Part shown: in pieces, positions 25,601 through 38,606 of the stretch | How the letters are laid out: the number at the start of each line of letters is the position of its first letter | Numbering within the stretch: the stretch's first letter is position 1 | DNA from: Lytechinus pictus | Taxonomy: Eukaryota | NCBI RefSeq assembly: GCF_037042905.1 | Contig: NC_087251.1 | Span: forward strand, 49,415,358 to 49,479,357 | Reading direction: 5' to 3' | DNA: 64,000 nucleotides | Program-made: the position numbers and the translations under genes | The notes under the pieces: generated by a model | The model's input: the letters and a program-made list of their open reading frames with translations, nothing else | Database searches by the model: none | What the model was told of the DNA's origin: nothing

Positions 25601-27279
25601 ATACCCACTATGCATTATATACTGAGTGCCCCCCCCCCTGGGTACATGTCCGGGTACATGTACTTGTAGCATTTGGTAGCAGCATGATACTATTAATAGC
25701 TTCGTGGAATAGCAATTGACATATAAATGCATGGGCGAGGGGGGGGGGGGGTAAACTGCCCAATTTGGATGATCCCTTTTACATGAACTTCATGATCAAC
25801 TCTTGTCACGTGCCATTAGATCATTAAAAGATATATTATATCAACATGTACATGAATATTGTCCCTGAAAGCTTAGGAAGTAATAAAGGGAATCTAACGT
25901 GCGAGATTGTAGGGTCAATTGATATGACTATGACCATGACATTGTTTGTTTACCAACCACACTCAATGATTGACCTCAGATAATAATAATAATAATTATA
26001 ACATTTGTAGGGCGCTTAATACAGGTGTTTCTAAGCGCTCAGTTTTCTGCCTATCAACTAAATTACCGGGAAAAAAAAAAAAAAAAAAACCTTGATATAT
26101 TCAAAGCAAAATTTTAAACAAACAAATGCAACTAAGATGTGCACCTCAATATATAGACCAACCCACAACTGATACCTATACATTAAAAAGGTGGGTCTTT
26201 TAAGGATATAGGCTTGATACTGGTCTGTTAGCGAAATTATGTGGACACGGTGGACAAAAGCATGATTTTTTCTCCAGACCTTTGTTTATGTATAAGAATA
26301 AAAAATGGGGTATGCTCCAAAAAATCTGGCTGCAGGAACATAGAAAAAATGGGTGAAAATGTCAGAATTTATGAGTTTAGATTGGTCTGATATATAGACT
26401 AGCGGTAGTGCAAAACTCAATAGCAGTGCATTATTTTGCATTGGTTTAGTTCTTGAATTCAGACCCTTTTTGAACAGATGTTCTGTTTGTCCTCACATCT
26501 CAATGCACCAAATATCTGAATGCAGATGCTAAACAAGCCGAAGGGTGGCGGTGGAGGGGTTGAATGTTGGTGTGTATGTACATATTTTGGTCTTGGGGTA
26601 AAGATGTGCAAGACAAATTTTGTGCATGTGTTGGAAATTGTGTTGCCATGGTAACAGTGTATTATGGCAAAAATAAGGTAAAAGTCTTGCAGTTAGAACT
26701 ACTTCCTCTGTTTTCATCCGATTCACATGAAATTTGGCACACACATTGGTCTTGAGGTGAGGATGTCTAAGACACATTTTTGTGTGTCTTTCAGAAATCT
26801 TGTTGCCATGGTAACAACATATTATATGGTGAAAATTGGGGGGGGGGGGGAAATACTTGCAATTCAAACTGCTTCATCAGTTTTCAATCAATTCTCATGA
26901 AATTTGGCACACACATTGGTATTAAAGTAAAGATGTACACGGCACTTTTTGTGTGTGTTTCAGAAATTGTGTTGCCATGGTAACAACATATATGGCAAAA
27001 TTTAGGTAAAAACGTTGCAATTTGAACTACTTCATCAGTTTTGAACCAATTCTCATGAAATTTGGCTCACACATTTGCCTTGAGGTAAAGATGTGCAAGA
27101 ACCATTTTTTGTGTGCATTTGTCAGAGAGTGCATTGCCATGGTAACCACATATGATGGCCAGAAATGCAGGAAAACTCATTGTGGATCAAACTTCTTCCC
27201 CTGCCAGTGCTCATAAATGTTGAAAGAAATATTCATCTTGGGGTAAAGATTCATATTAAATTTTAAATGTCTTCTAAAC

Positions 27280-27767
27280 TAGTGCTTCTCAACCTTTTTT
27301 TTACTCGAAGACCACTTTGACTCTCATATTTGTTTCGAGGCCCATCACCTACCCAAAATTTAAGAAAACGTCAATTTTGATGAAAAAAAACGTTTCATTA
27401 AATTTGAACACAAAGCTCTGAAGCACATTCGCAACAAGCTGTTTGAGAACTAACCTGCATTCGGAAATGTCCGGTAAATGGGCGACAATTAACTACATAC
27501 ACAATATGCATGCACTTGAGGTTTACATCAAAGTTGGATCGAAAACATCATATTGTAAAGTGTGCATGTATATGCTTTGCAACATGCATGATACCAAAAA
27601 AGTGTGCTTAGATTTTGTTTGACCCAAGTAGACCGATCGGACAAAACATTTTAACATGTTCAGAAAGTATATGTGTATACTATAGTTTTCCCCTATTTTT
27701 TTTTCTCTCTCTCTTCAGCTTATCGCGGCCCACCAGTGGGCCGCGAAGCACCGGTTGAGAAGCGCTG
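27280..27767. mobile_element. hAT/Charlie-type MITE nested in the left arm
   Basis: TAGTGCTTCTCAACC...GGTTGAGAAGCGCTG. 8-bp TSD TTCTAAAC at 27272 and 27768. Confidence 0.88.
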
Positions 27768-29884
27768 TTCTAAACTGCATTAAAATGTTCACGCCAGATT
27801 GTGGGGGTATTAATCACCTTCAGTAATATTTCTAGGTTTTGGGCGGAGGGGCGGGACTGGTCCTTAAAATCTGACATCAAAATAAAGAAGGTTAAAGGCG
27901 GTAGCCATTAGGAACATAAACATGATAAACACTCTTAAAATAAGCATCCCCTCAAGGGCATAGGCTGGGGGTACACTGGGTAAATGTGAAACCTTTCGCT
28001 GAGGCAGAGGAGTTCCAACACTGGCAAGCAAATCGAAATGTGTACCCCTTCTACTTTCAACAGCTGATTTTCCAAACCTTAGTTCCACCTCCCCAAGATG
28101 TGCACCCCTCCCCATACCACTTTTAGTTCTACCTCCCATGTTCAAACCAGTCTACGCCTTTGTCCCTCAGGGGTCTTTGCATTTTTAAAGCGAGACATTA
28201 TTCCTTTTTTTTGGGGGGGAGGGTCTTTAGAAAATGACCTTAAAAAAGTAAAATTTAAAGGATTATGACTAGGAACTTACCCCCCCCCCTGAAAAAAATA
28301 GGGGGCTGATATATTTTTTTAGCATAATAATGCCCCCCTTAAAAGGTAAGAAGAGTCCTTTGCACTTTAGACCATTCATTTGAAGTTTAATGCATTCTGC
28401 TTTGATTAAAAAAAATTTACGGTACCCAATTAATCATTGTTTATTTATATTCTCCTACTCAGTCTTTTATTCATATTCCGTTGTAACTTTATCACATCAC
28501 TCTTGATTTTGAGCTTCACCATACCATCTCTTTCTGTTCCTCTCCGTTTTTTACTCTGTTCTCTCTCCAATTATATTTTTTCTGACATATTATAAAGTGT
28601 ACCTTTAATCATGCAACTAATTATAGAAATATATATATATATACAAAAATCTCTGTACTTGTTTTAGAAATTCACTTGCAAATCCATGACTCAATAACAT
28701 ACCATATCAAAAATAAACATATGTGCACAATAAATTTTAGCCTTCTATTTTCTTTCATTTAATTTTTTTCATTTTAATTCTGTGACAGCCCCTGCTTTCT
28801 GCTTTATACATCTTACATCTCCCATTGTCAAAAAATGAATATTATGTTTCAGTAGCAAAATTGTTGGATGCAAACTCTGACTGTCATAAAAAGATGCAAA
28901 TAATTTTCCATTGGAGTAAAGACAAACGTATTCACTGTTCATTGAGGAAATGATGACTTTTTATTTCTCTACATATAATTATATTCTAGTCATATCCCTT
29001 TCAGATGGTGGTACATGTAACTGCAAGAATGGGAAAACTTAGTGACAAAACTAAAATTTTCACAGAGGATTTTCAGAAAATAACTAAATCCATTTTTGTC
29101 AAGCAACAGTTATTCCATTCTGAATGCTGCAACCTTGTTAATATGAAATTGATGCACCTTTACCAAAATAGAATATCATGACAGTCATTTTTTCAATTCT
29201 TTAAACTAGACATTAAATATTGCTAATAGTAGTATTCAGGACAGAGTGTAGCCAAAATGGAGTTTAAAAGATTATGAAGGGAAAAAATGTCATGGTATTA
29301 TATTTCGGTGTATGTGTAAGCATTCAAAATGGAATAATTGTTGCTAGATAATAATGAATTAAAATAGCAAAGAAAAATGAGGGAGATAAAGAGGGGGAGA
29401 GAGGAAACAAAACAAGAAGAAGGTATGGTAAAGCTCAAAAGTGCAAAAAGTGATGTAAGAAAGTCAGAGTAGGAACTGAAATGAACAAAGACTGAGTAGA
29501 AGATAAATAAAACATTGATTATAAATTGGGCACCGGAAATGATCTTTTATCAAAGCAGAATGTTTTAGGCTTTAAATTAATACGCTGAAGTGTAAAGGAT
29601 TTTTCTTCCCCCCCCTTTTTTTTTTTGGGGGGGGGGTTAAGTTCCTAGTCGTAATAATTTCCTTTTACTCTTTATGTGGCAATTTTCGAAAGCCCCCCCC
29701 CCCAAAAAAAAAAAAAAATGGAAGGGGTGCTTTTTTAAAGAGTGTTTCAGTTCCTAATTGTCATAGCCTTTAACCTTCTATATTTTTATGTTGTCAGTTT
29801 TTAAGGACCTCCTCCGCCCCCCAAAAAAGAACCTATAAATATTATTGAAGATGGTTAATACCCTGCGCTATTATATGACGTTAA

Positions 29885-30480
29885 AGGGGAATCCAACCCA
29901 AATAGACACTTGTTTTGAGAGGAAAAGGGAAAATCAGACAAGTTTATAGGTCGAAGTTTGAACAATATCGGACAAACCATAAGAAATTTGTGAATATATA
30001 AAAATAAAAGTTGTAAACATTGGTAATCACTATACCCATGAAGACTTCAAATTGGCCGCATATGTCATGTCATAGTGATGTAAGGCAAGAACCACTCTTC
30101 CATGTACTGGTATTGGCTAAAATGTCTTTTTTCAAAAGTTTTACTTCAAATTATATTTTTCTATCATGAGGACATAAAACAATATATATACTATACCGGG
30201 TTTATATTACGGCCCCAATGGAAGTAGGGATTTAGGAGAAAACCAAAAATCCTGATAATTAAGTACAAGGCCTATGGGAAAAATGTCCTTGCGGCCTCGC
30301 CCCTTGTCATAATTTACTTACCCAGTTGCCAATTTGAAATCTACATACTAGTAGTCTTAGGGATCTTAATTTTAAGGCAGCCATAACTTTATTTTGCATT
30401 TCCGATTTCTATCAAACTGTCACCATTCATATTTTTCTCTTTTTCCACACAACATTTTATGACCAACGCTTGATTCCCCT
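29885..30480. mobile_element. TTAA-target (Kolobok-like) MITE nested in the right arm
   Basis: TTAA-AGGGGAATC...GATTCCCCT-TTAA. Confidence 0.8.
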
Positions 30481-31681
30481 TTAACACTGAATATGAATCT
30501 TTACCCAAAATGAATATTTGTGTCAACTTTTATGAGAACAGGCTGAAAACTGAGAAGTAGATTGATCCACAATGAGTTTTCCCCGCATTTCTGGCTATCA
30601 TATGTGGTTACCATGGCAATGCACTCTCTGACAAATGCAACAAAAAAGTTCTTGCACATCTTTACCTCAAGGCCAATGTGTTAGCCGTATTTCATGAAAA
30701 TTGGTTCAAAACTGATGAAGTAGTTCAAATTGCAAGGTTTTTACCTAAATTTTGCCATATAAATATGTTGTTACCATGGCAACACCATCTCTGAAACACA
30801 CACAAAAAGTGCCTTGTACATCTTTACTTCAATAGCAATGTGTGTGCCAAATTTTATGTGGATTGATTGAAAACTGATGAAGCAGTTTGAATTGTAAGTT
30901 TTTTTCCCAATTTTCACCATATAATATGTTGTTACCATGGCAACAAGATTTCTGAAAGACACACAAAAATGTGTCTTAGACATCCTCACCTCAAGACCAA
31001 TGTGTGTGCCAAATTTCATGAGAATCGGATGAAAACGGAGGAAGAAGTTCTAACTGCAATACTTTTACCTTAGTTTTGCCATAATACACTGTTACCATGG
31101 CAACACAATTTCCAACACATGCACAAAATTTGTCTTGCACATCTTTACCCCAAGACCAAAATATGTACATACACACCAACATTCAACCCCTCCACCGCCA
31201 CCCTTCGGCTTGTTTAGCATCTGCATTCAGATATTTGGTGCATTGAGATGTGAGGACAAACAGAACATCTGTTCAAAAAGGGTCTGAATTCAAGAACTAA
31301 ACCAATGCAAAATAATGCACTGCTATTGAGTTTTGCACTACCGCTAGTCTATATATCAGACCAATCTAAACTCATAAATTCTGACATTTTCACCCATTTT
31401 TTCTATGTTCCTGCAGCCAGATTTTTTGGAGCATACCCCATTTTTAATTCTTATACATAAACAAAGGTCTGGAGAAAAAATCATGCTTTTGTCCACCGTG
31501 TCCACAAGTAGGGTATTTTTTACGCTAACAGACCGGACTATGATGTGCTGTTACATATTTCACAAACTGATTTTTTTCTTCAATTTTAAGGTTTTTAAAT
31601 TTTTGGACATGGTTGCTGGGAGCCCTGTCACATTTGCTGTGTGGCGGCCATACAGCGAGTCGAAAACAGCCATTTTATTCA

Positions 31682-32853
31682 TTTTTGTCTCACCTGCATA
31701 GCAGAGTGAGACTTTAGGCGCCGCTTTTCTGACGGCGGCGGCGGCGTCAACACCAAATCTTAACAGAAGGTTTTAAGTTTTTGCAATGACAGCATAACTT
31801 TGAAAGTATATGGACCTAGTTCATGAAACTTGGCCATACGGTTAATCAAGTATTACTGAATATCTTGCCTTCAGTTTCAGGTCACATGACCAAGGTCAAA
31901 TGTCATTTAGGGTCAATGAACTTGGACCGTGTTGGGGGAATCAAAATCTTAACCTAAGGTTAAGCTTTTGAAATGTCATCATAACTTAGAAAATATATGG
32001 ACCTAGTTCATGAAACTTAACTTGGACATAAGGTTAATCAAGTATTACTGAACATTTTGTGCGAGTTTCAGATCACATGACCAAGGTCAAGGGTCATGTA
32101 AGGTCAATGAACTTTGGCCAAGTTGGGGGTATTTGTTGAATTACCATCATAACTTTGAAAGTGTATTGGTCTAGTTTATAAAACCTGGACATAAGAGTAA
32201 TCAAGTATCATCTTGTGCGCATTTCAGGTCACATGACCAAGGTCAAAGGTCATTTAAGGTCAATGAACTTTGGCCATGTGGGGGGGTATTTGTTGAATTA
32301 CCATCATATCTCTGTAAGTGTATTGGTCTAGTTCATAAAACGTGGACATAAGAGTAACCAAGTATCACTGAACATCTTGTGCGAGTTTCAGGTCACATGA
32401 CCAAGGTCAAAGGTCAATGGACTTTAGCCATGTTTGGGGTATTTGTTGAATTACTATCATAACTCTGTAAGTATATTGGTCTAGTTTATAAAACTTGGAC
32501 ATAAGAGTCATCAAGTATCACTGAACATCTCATGCGAGTTTCAGGTCACATGAACAAAGTCAAAGGTCATTTAAGGTCATTGAACTTTGGCCATTTTAGA
32601 GGTAATTATTAGATTGCTGTCATAACTTTCAAAGTTAGGTATAGTGTATAAAATGTGGATATAGGGGTAATCAAGTATCACTTACAAGTTTTAGGTCACA
32701 TGATCAAGGTCAAATGTCAATGAACATAGTATTGTATCATTATATGAATGGTGTTTTTTGTGAATAATTATTTATAGTAGTTTTCAAAATCAGCACTGCT
32801 GCTACATTGAATCACGTGATGCAGGTGAGACCACCAGAGGCATTCCACTTGTT
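31682..32853 (+). mobile_element. HINE-like element, copy 2 (about 6 internal units)
   Basis: Same termini and ~160-bp internal repeats as 14435-15267. Confidence 0.75.
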
Positions 32854-35494
32854 ATTTAAACCACCTAGGTACATGCATATGGAGCTGGTACGAAAGTGTT
32901 AAAACAGCTGATTTTGACTCACCATACGGCCGCCATAGAGCCGCCATAGAGAAAATGTGATTGAGGTATAATCAACAGTACAGTTTTGACTTTTATATAC
33001 CATTACTCCAGAATTGTCATTTTAAAAGAAGAACATGTAAATATGCAACATAAGTACATCTATACATGATTGTACATGTATTTATAAGCTTTAACATGAC
33101 GGTGAATGGGGAGTAGCTTTTAAATGCCGACGCTACAAGACACATGTACACGTATGCCGGCAATGCCCAATCTTATCAATCAATACGCAGTAGTGCACGT
33201 CCACTTCACATGATCTGACCAATGTGGTAATGACTTTTATCCTACATTGCAACTAGACATTTCTGTGCGACTATAACTCATACTAAAATCCCCAGGGCTC
33301 TTTTCTACTTTCTTCTTTGGCTCTCTTGAGCATTTCAAGGTAAAGTTGCCTCTCCCCATGTACGTTTTTTCCCCTGATAGCAGGTGATGTTTTTTCTGTT
33401 ATTTGCAAATTTACTTGTCACTCCATTATTGTTTGTTTGTTAATTTGCTTCTGTAACTCAAATGTGCATACTAGAAAAGGATTGCTTGGCTCCTACTATC
33501 ACTGTACTTGTTAAGGGGGTCAAAACAAATTAAGGGAATGCTTGCCAATGGTACTGTTTTGTTTTTGATATTTGTTAAGAGTAGGGTTTCACATGCCAAT
33601 ACTTGTTTAGGGGTGCATTTTCAGAACATGGAAAATACCCGTTAAGGGTGCTTTTCGAAACCCCATGGTATCCACTCGTCAATGGAATTGTCCCCCCCCC
33701 TGGTAAAAAACAACATCAACAAAATTGAAGACCCAGGAAGACATGACTGACATTAAAAGCAGGATAGGGGAGGGGGGGGGGCTTGGTATACAATATGATT
33801 TGGATGTGTGCTGCGGAAATGTTGCTCATTTTCACCTGAAAATTTCCATTCCAAACTCTTATCAAGCAAAACAGGAATTGGCATTCTTCCAGAGTGATCT
33901 CTTTGTTGCTGTGGCAGTCTGGTTGCTTCTATCAATTATATTGCAGAGCATCCTGTATACATTGCTATAAAATAAAGAAAATTGTTTAAAGTATTTTTTT
34001 AGATATTAAGTTCATTTTGAATTCAAAATAGTGAAGCTATATATATAATTAGAATGCACACAACTTGTTAAGATTCACTTTACTTTTACCCCAGGGGGGG
34101 GGGGCAGTCAAATATATTGTTGTACACACGCGTGGCTGCGGGCCACATGTGCACTCATTAAGGGTATAAAAAACACTGATTAAAGAAAAAGGAGTAGTTT
34201 TTAAAGACTGGTCAATGGTCAATCGCAGGGTCAAACGTGTTAAGGGTATTTTTTAATTTCCTCAAGCTTTTTCCCCGGGTGCATGTTCTGGTGACAACTT
34301 GCTAAGGGGGCAAAATGTGTAAATAAAGCCTGCGAAAAGCTTGTTTAGGGGGTTATTTTGCACACAGAGAAAAACTTGTTTCGGGGGTGTTTGAAAATAA
34401 TTTGGCCACGTGTGTGTACAGCAATACATTTTTCTGGCCCCCCCCCCCCCCGACTTCTACCTAGCATTAGCTCAATTATCATCACCTGTAGAAACTAAGC
34501 CTGCATTTTATTATCCATATAATGGTAGAAGCCAGGGGCTTTGATATTGTTAAGCAATAGGCCTACTCTCTACATTGTAAAACCTATTGTATTTTCTCAC
34601 CATAACAAACAGCATTTGCAAGCTGGGATTTTCCATTTTCTCATATGTGTACATACCTACATATGATGTGCAGATCTGTGACCTTCTTTTTTCAACGAGC
34701 AAATATTCTGTATACAGTCTTGCACACTGCAAACAATTGCTGAAGTATTTGATCATCATGGTTCTTTCTTGAGACTTGTACTGGGCGTGACTGCAACATT
34801 TAAGTAAAACATTTTCATTGATATGTATTAGTAGGTGTAGAGTGATAAATTGTGAGTTTGGGGCAGAAAGAAAGGATATAGCTAGGCATTATTTGTACTG
34901 GGCATTGTATATTATGATTGAAATTCTGCGATATTGAAAAAAATAATGATGGTTTTATGATTATATTGATTGTGGTAACATCATATGCCCAAAATATTGT
35001 CGATTATGAAAAGTTGATCTCTAGTGACCACAAATGCTGCTCTATATTGCTACTTAAAACCAACTCCGAAGTTCATAAAGTTGATACCCAAATGCAGGGG
35101 CGGGGGGGGGGGGTGGGCTTCAGCCCCCCACTTTTTTCCAAAACCGTGTACAAAACCGGAGAAATGACCATATGATTGCGATTGGTTTAGCCATTTTGTT
35201 TATTGCAGACAAGGGTTTTGATTTAAGAAAATGTACATATGAATTGTACCTGGATGCTATATTTGTATTGAATTTCTACTCACAGCTCACAAAGGATGTG
35301 AGGTTTACTGTTGAACTCGACATTCTTTCCTGTTTTTAAGTATCTATTTTCAGCTGTTTTCTCAATTTCTATCCCTTAAGTCCCTGGAAATTTCACTGAT
35401 TATTGTATGTACATGTAGTATCCAATGTGTGTGTTGCCTAATGTAGGTGAATGCTGTAGCTTATTGTTTGTCTGACGGTTCTACATAAAACATA

Positions 35495-35800
35495 ATGATT
35501 ATAATAATTTGGTTATTTATAATGTGTTGCACTATGTATCTGCGCTCACAGATTTATTATTTCCTTGGTCATTGGAGTCAATCAGGCATTCCTGCACACA
35601 ATGTATGCACATCATCCACTCCCTGGGGAGTATTCCAACCAGTGGCCATTGATGTACACACAATACTGGGCAGGCTACAATGATTTTTCACATCCTACTG
35701 ACTTGTATTCATTTCGCACCTTGGTGGAGAGTGGCAAAGTGTTGATTGATGCCTTGCCAATGGATGTTAGGCCACTGAGATTCAAATACACACACATAAG
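35495..35800 (-). mobile_element. Old SINE-like repeat fragment (related plus-strand 3' part at ~40975-41162, remnant near 9130-9195)
   Basis: Shared GAATGCTCC.CAGGGAGTGGA.....TACATTGT block in opposite orientations. The 41-kb copy has a (TTA)n tail. Confidence 0.55.
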
Positions 35801-36090
35801 GTGATGTCTTGTGGCGAGACTACAAACACATCGCTTATTTTTGTGTGTGCTATAATGGCAAAGACTACTATGCAGCTTCGTTTGAGGTTATAGGCTAACA
35901 TGTATAGGATGTCATGAGCTGCAGAAACAGCCCCACCCCCATAGAATAGTGCTAGGGGGGGTTGTAACTGTAATTATTTTTTTTTCACTGAGCATGTTAA
36001 TTATTTCTCTGAAAATCAAGAGGGGGGGGGGGGGATTTTCAAATTATTTTTTTAATGAAAATTGACTGTGACACATGAGACGAGAAAGTT

Positions 36091-36987
36091 TTAAAAATTA
36101 GATTGAAGGGCCCTGCCTCAAACCCATATGAAGGACAATTTAAAAAATTAGATTTAAGGGCCCTGCCTCAAGCCCATATGAAGGATAATTAAAAAAATTA
36201 GATTAAAGGGCCCTGCCTCAAACCCATATGAAGGATAATTTGAAAAATGAGATTGAAGGGCCCTACCTCAAACCCATATAAAGGATAATTAAAAAAAATT
36301 GATTGAAGGGCCCTACCTCAAACCCATATGAAGGATAATTAAAAAAATTAAATTGAAGGGCCCTGCCTCAAACCCATAGGAAGGATAATTAAAAAAATTA
36401 GATTCAAGGGCCCTGCCTCAAACCCATATGAAGGATAATTTAAAAATTTTGATCAAAGGGCCCTGCCTCAAACCCATAGGATAATTTAAAAAATTAGATT
36501 GAAGGGCCCTGCCTCAAACCCACATGAAGGATGATTTTAAAAATTAGATTAAAGGGTCCTGCCTGAAACCCATATGAAGGATAATTTAAAAAATAAGATT
36601 GAAGGGCCCTGCCTCAAACCCATATGAAGGATAATTTAAAAAATAAGATTGAAGGGCCTTGCCTCAAACCCATATGAAGGATAATTTAAAAAATTAGATT
36701 GAAGGGCCCTGCCTCAAACCCATATGAAGGATAATTTAAAAAATAAGATTGAAGGGCCCTGCCTCAAACCCATATGAAGGATAATTTAAAAAATAAGATT
36801 GAAGGGCCCTGCCTCAAACCCATATGAAGGATAATTTAAAAAATAAGATTGAAGGGCCCTGCCTCAAACCCATATGAAGGATAATTTAAAAAATTAGATT
36901 AAAGGGCCCTGCCTCAAACCCATATGAATGATAATTTTAAAAAATAGATTGAAGGGCCCTGCCTCAAACCCATAGGAAGGATAATTA
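36091..36987. repeat. 50-bp tandem array, about 18 copies
   Basis: Unit TAAAAAATTAGATTGAAGGGCCCTGCCTCAAACCCATATGAAGGATAATT. Confidence 0.95.
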
Positions 36988-38504
36988 ATAATTAATTTCA
37001 CAAAACAGTTATGCACATCCTGCCTGGTATGCCAATGCGGAGACTATGACGTCATCCACTCACTATTTTGTATTTTATTATATGAAATATTCTAATTTTC
37101 TCTTCATTGTCAAGGGATACAATGATTAATTCCTCCCTGAATATGTGAAATTAGCATTGTTTAATACTAAATGGTTCAGTCAAGTTGGTCCTTATTGTCA
37201 AATCTATAAAAAAATGAAATATTGTATAATTCAAACAATAAAAAACAAAAGAAATAGTGAGTGATGGACATCATCGACTGGCTTACCTACTTGTGCATAT
37301 CACTGTTTCGTGAAAAATAAGCGAAACTTTAAAATGACATAGCTTTCTTATTTTACGTTCGATTTTGATGAAATTGTCAGCACTATGCTAGTTTGATTTT
37401 TCTCTATTCATTCAAGTCAGCATTTTCCTGGGGTGGACTTGACCTGTAATATAGTTCATTACACTGTAGCTTTAACCTATTTCCTCTCAAGCAAATGATT
37501 CCAGCTGTTATTTGAAAATGATATGTTGTGCTCACAGATGGACAGTATTGTGTAATATAATATACAGGGATGTAATCAAGGCCTGTACTTTACAAAATGT
37601 GGTCTTAGGGTCGACCTCGAGTAGCCTTATGTACATCCCTCATACCAGGGTCTTGTAACACAAAAGATATTTAAAGGACAAATTTGATTACAGTCCATGT
37701 ACAAAAAAATGCAACCAATTACATGTATAAGTATCAGTCTTATATCATGTATCACCCCTCTAAAGTGATATTTCAGCAACAATCTCTTTATCTCTTCTCT
37801 CTTTCTATTTTCTTATTGTGCTTAGAGACATTTATTGTGATAAGCACTTTTTAAATATAGTTAATTATCATGTTTATAAATTGTTTAACGATACATTTAA
37901 AATGCATATTTTGGTTTGCATCGATTGCCTGTTCAATACCAGAGCGTATCCCTAAAAGGACCGAAATCCGACAAATATCCCTTAGTATAGGCTCCTGTAC
38001 AAAACTTGCCATTATATGAGACCGTATTCAACAGTCTAGTGTGCATGCGTGAAATACACTAGTACAAAGCGTACAACAATGAAAGCAACGCGATAAGCAA
38101 CATAGAGCACAATGACACTCAATGATGTCATAATGAACTACTTGTAATAATTATAATAATATTAGCGGGGCCCGCTGGTAGAACAGTTTTTGGAACTGAA
38201 GTGACTACCCTGGGTAGATACGTTGTTATTATCATTATTATGTAAGTTGCTTGTCAATTACCAAATTACGAAGTGATGATGGTATAATGTGGCAATTGAT
38301 ATGACTTGTTCAATCAAATTGCTCCCCCTTTTTTCTTTTTTTTCTTTTTTTGGGGGGGAGGTGGGATAGATAATAAATATTTGCCCAAACTCTTGAAATA
38401 TTTCTGGTATTCCATTCTGAGCCATCCAATATAATTATTATTATATAATTCAAAAGCATCGATGCTTTCATCTCTCTTTGTTTTTTTTTTTCATTTTCAT
38501 ACAG

Positions 38505-38606
38505 AACCAAATGAGGAAGGTGAATATTTCAGATTACATGTCCAAGAGCTATGGGTCATCTTTCTTTAGTCCTATTGGAAGCTTTGGAGGTGACATGCTT
38601 CTATAA
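38505..38606 (+). CDS. Probable terminal coding exon of the same gene (NQMRKVNISDYMSKSYGSSFFSPIGSFGGDMLL*)
   Basis: Strong polypyrimidine tract plus ACAG acceptor. Phase-0 frame is open for 33 codons to TAA, followed by AT-rich UTR-like sequence. Confidence 0.55.
   Translation, partial: NQMRKVNISDYMSKSYGSSFFSPIGSFGGDMLL

Larger units (their letters stand above)
26222..31534. mobile_element. ~5.3-kb foldback element with very long inverted arms, non-coding
   Basis: 26240-27260 is the reverse complement of ~30490-31505. More diverged inverted similarity continues inward (27800-28560 vs 29400-29870). Termini GGTCTGTTAGCG / CGCTAACAGACC. Confidence 0.8.

Noticed and set aside
26564..31182. Duplicated small ORFs MLVCMYIFWSWGK... 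on opposite strands
   Set aside because: By-products of the inverted repeat, with no protein-like features.
36091..36987. Regular array that might suggest CRISPR
   Set aside because: Head-to-tail tandem units with no unique spacers, no cas genes, and a eukaryotic context.
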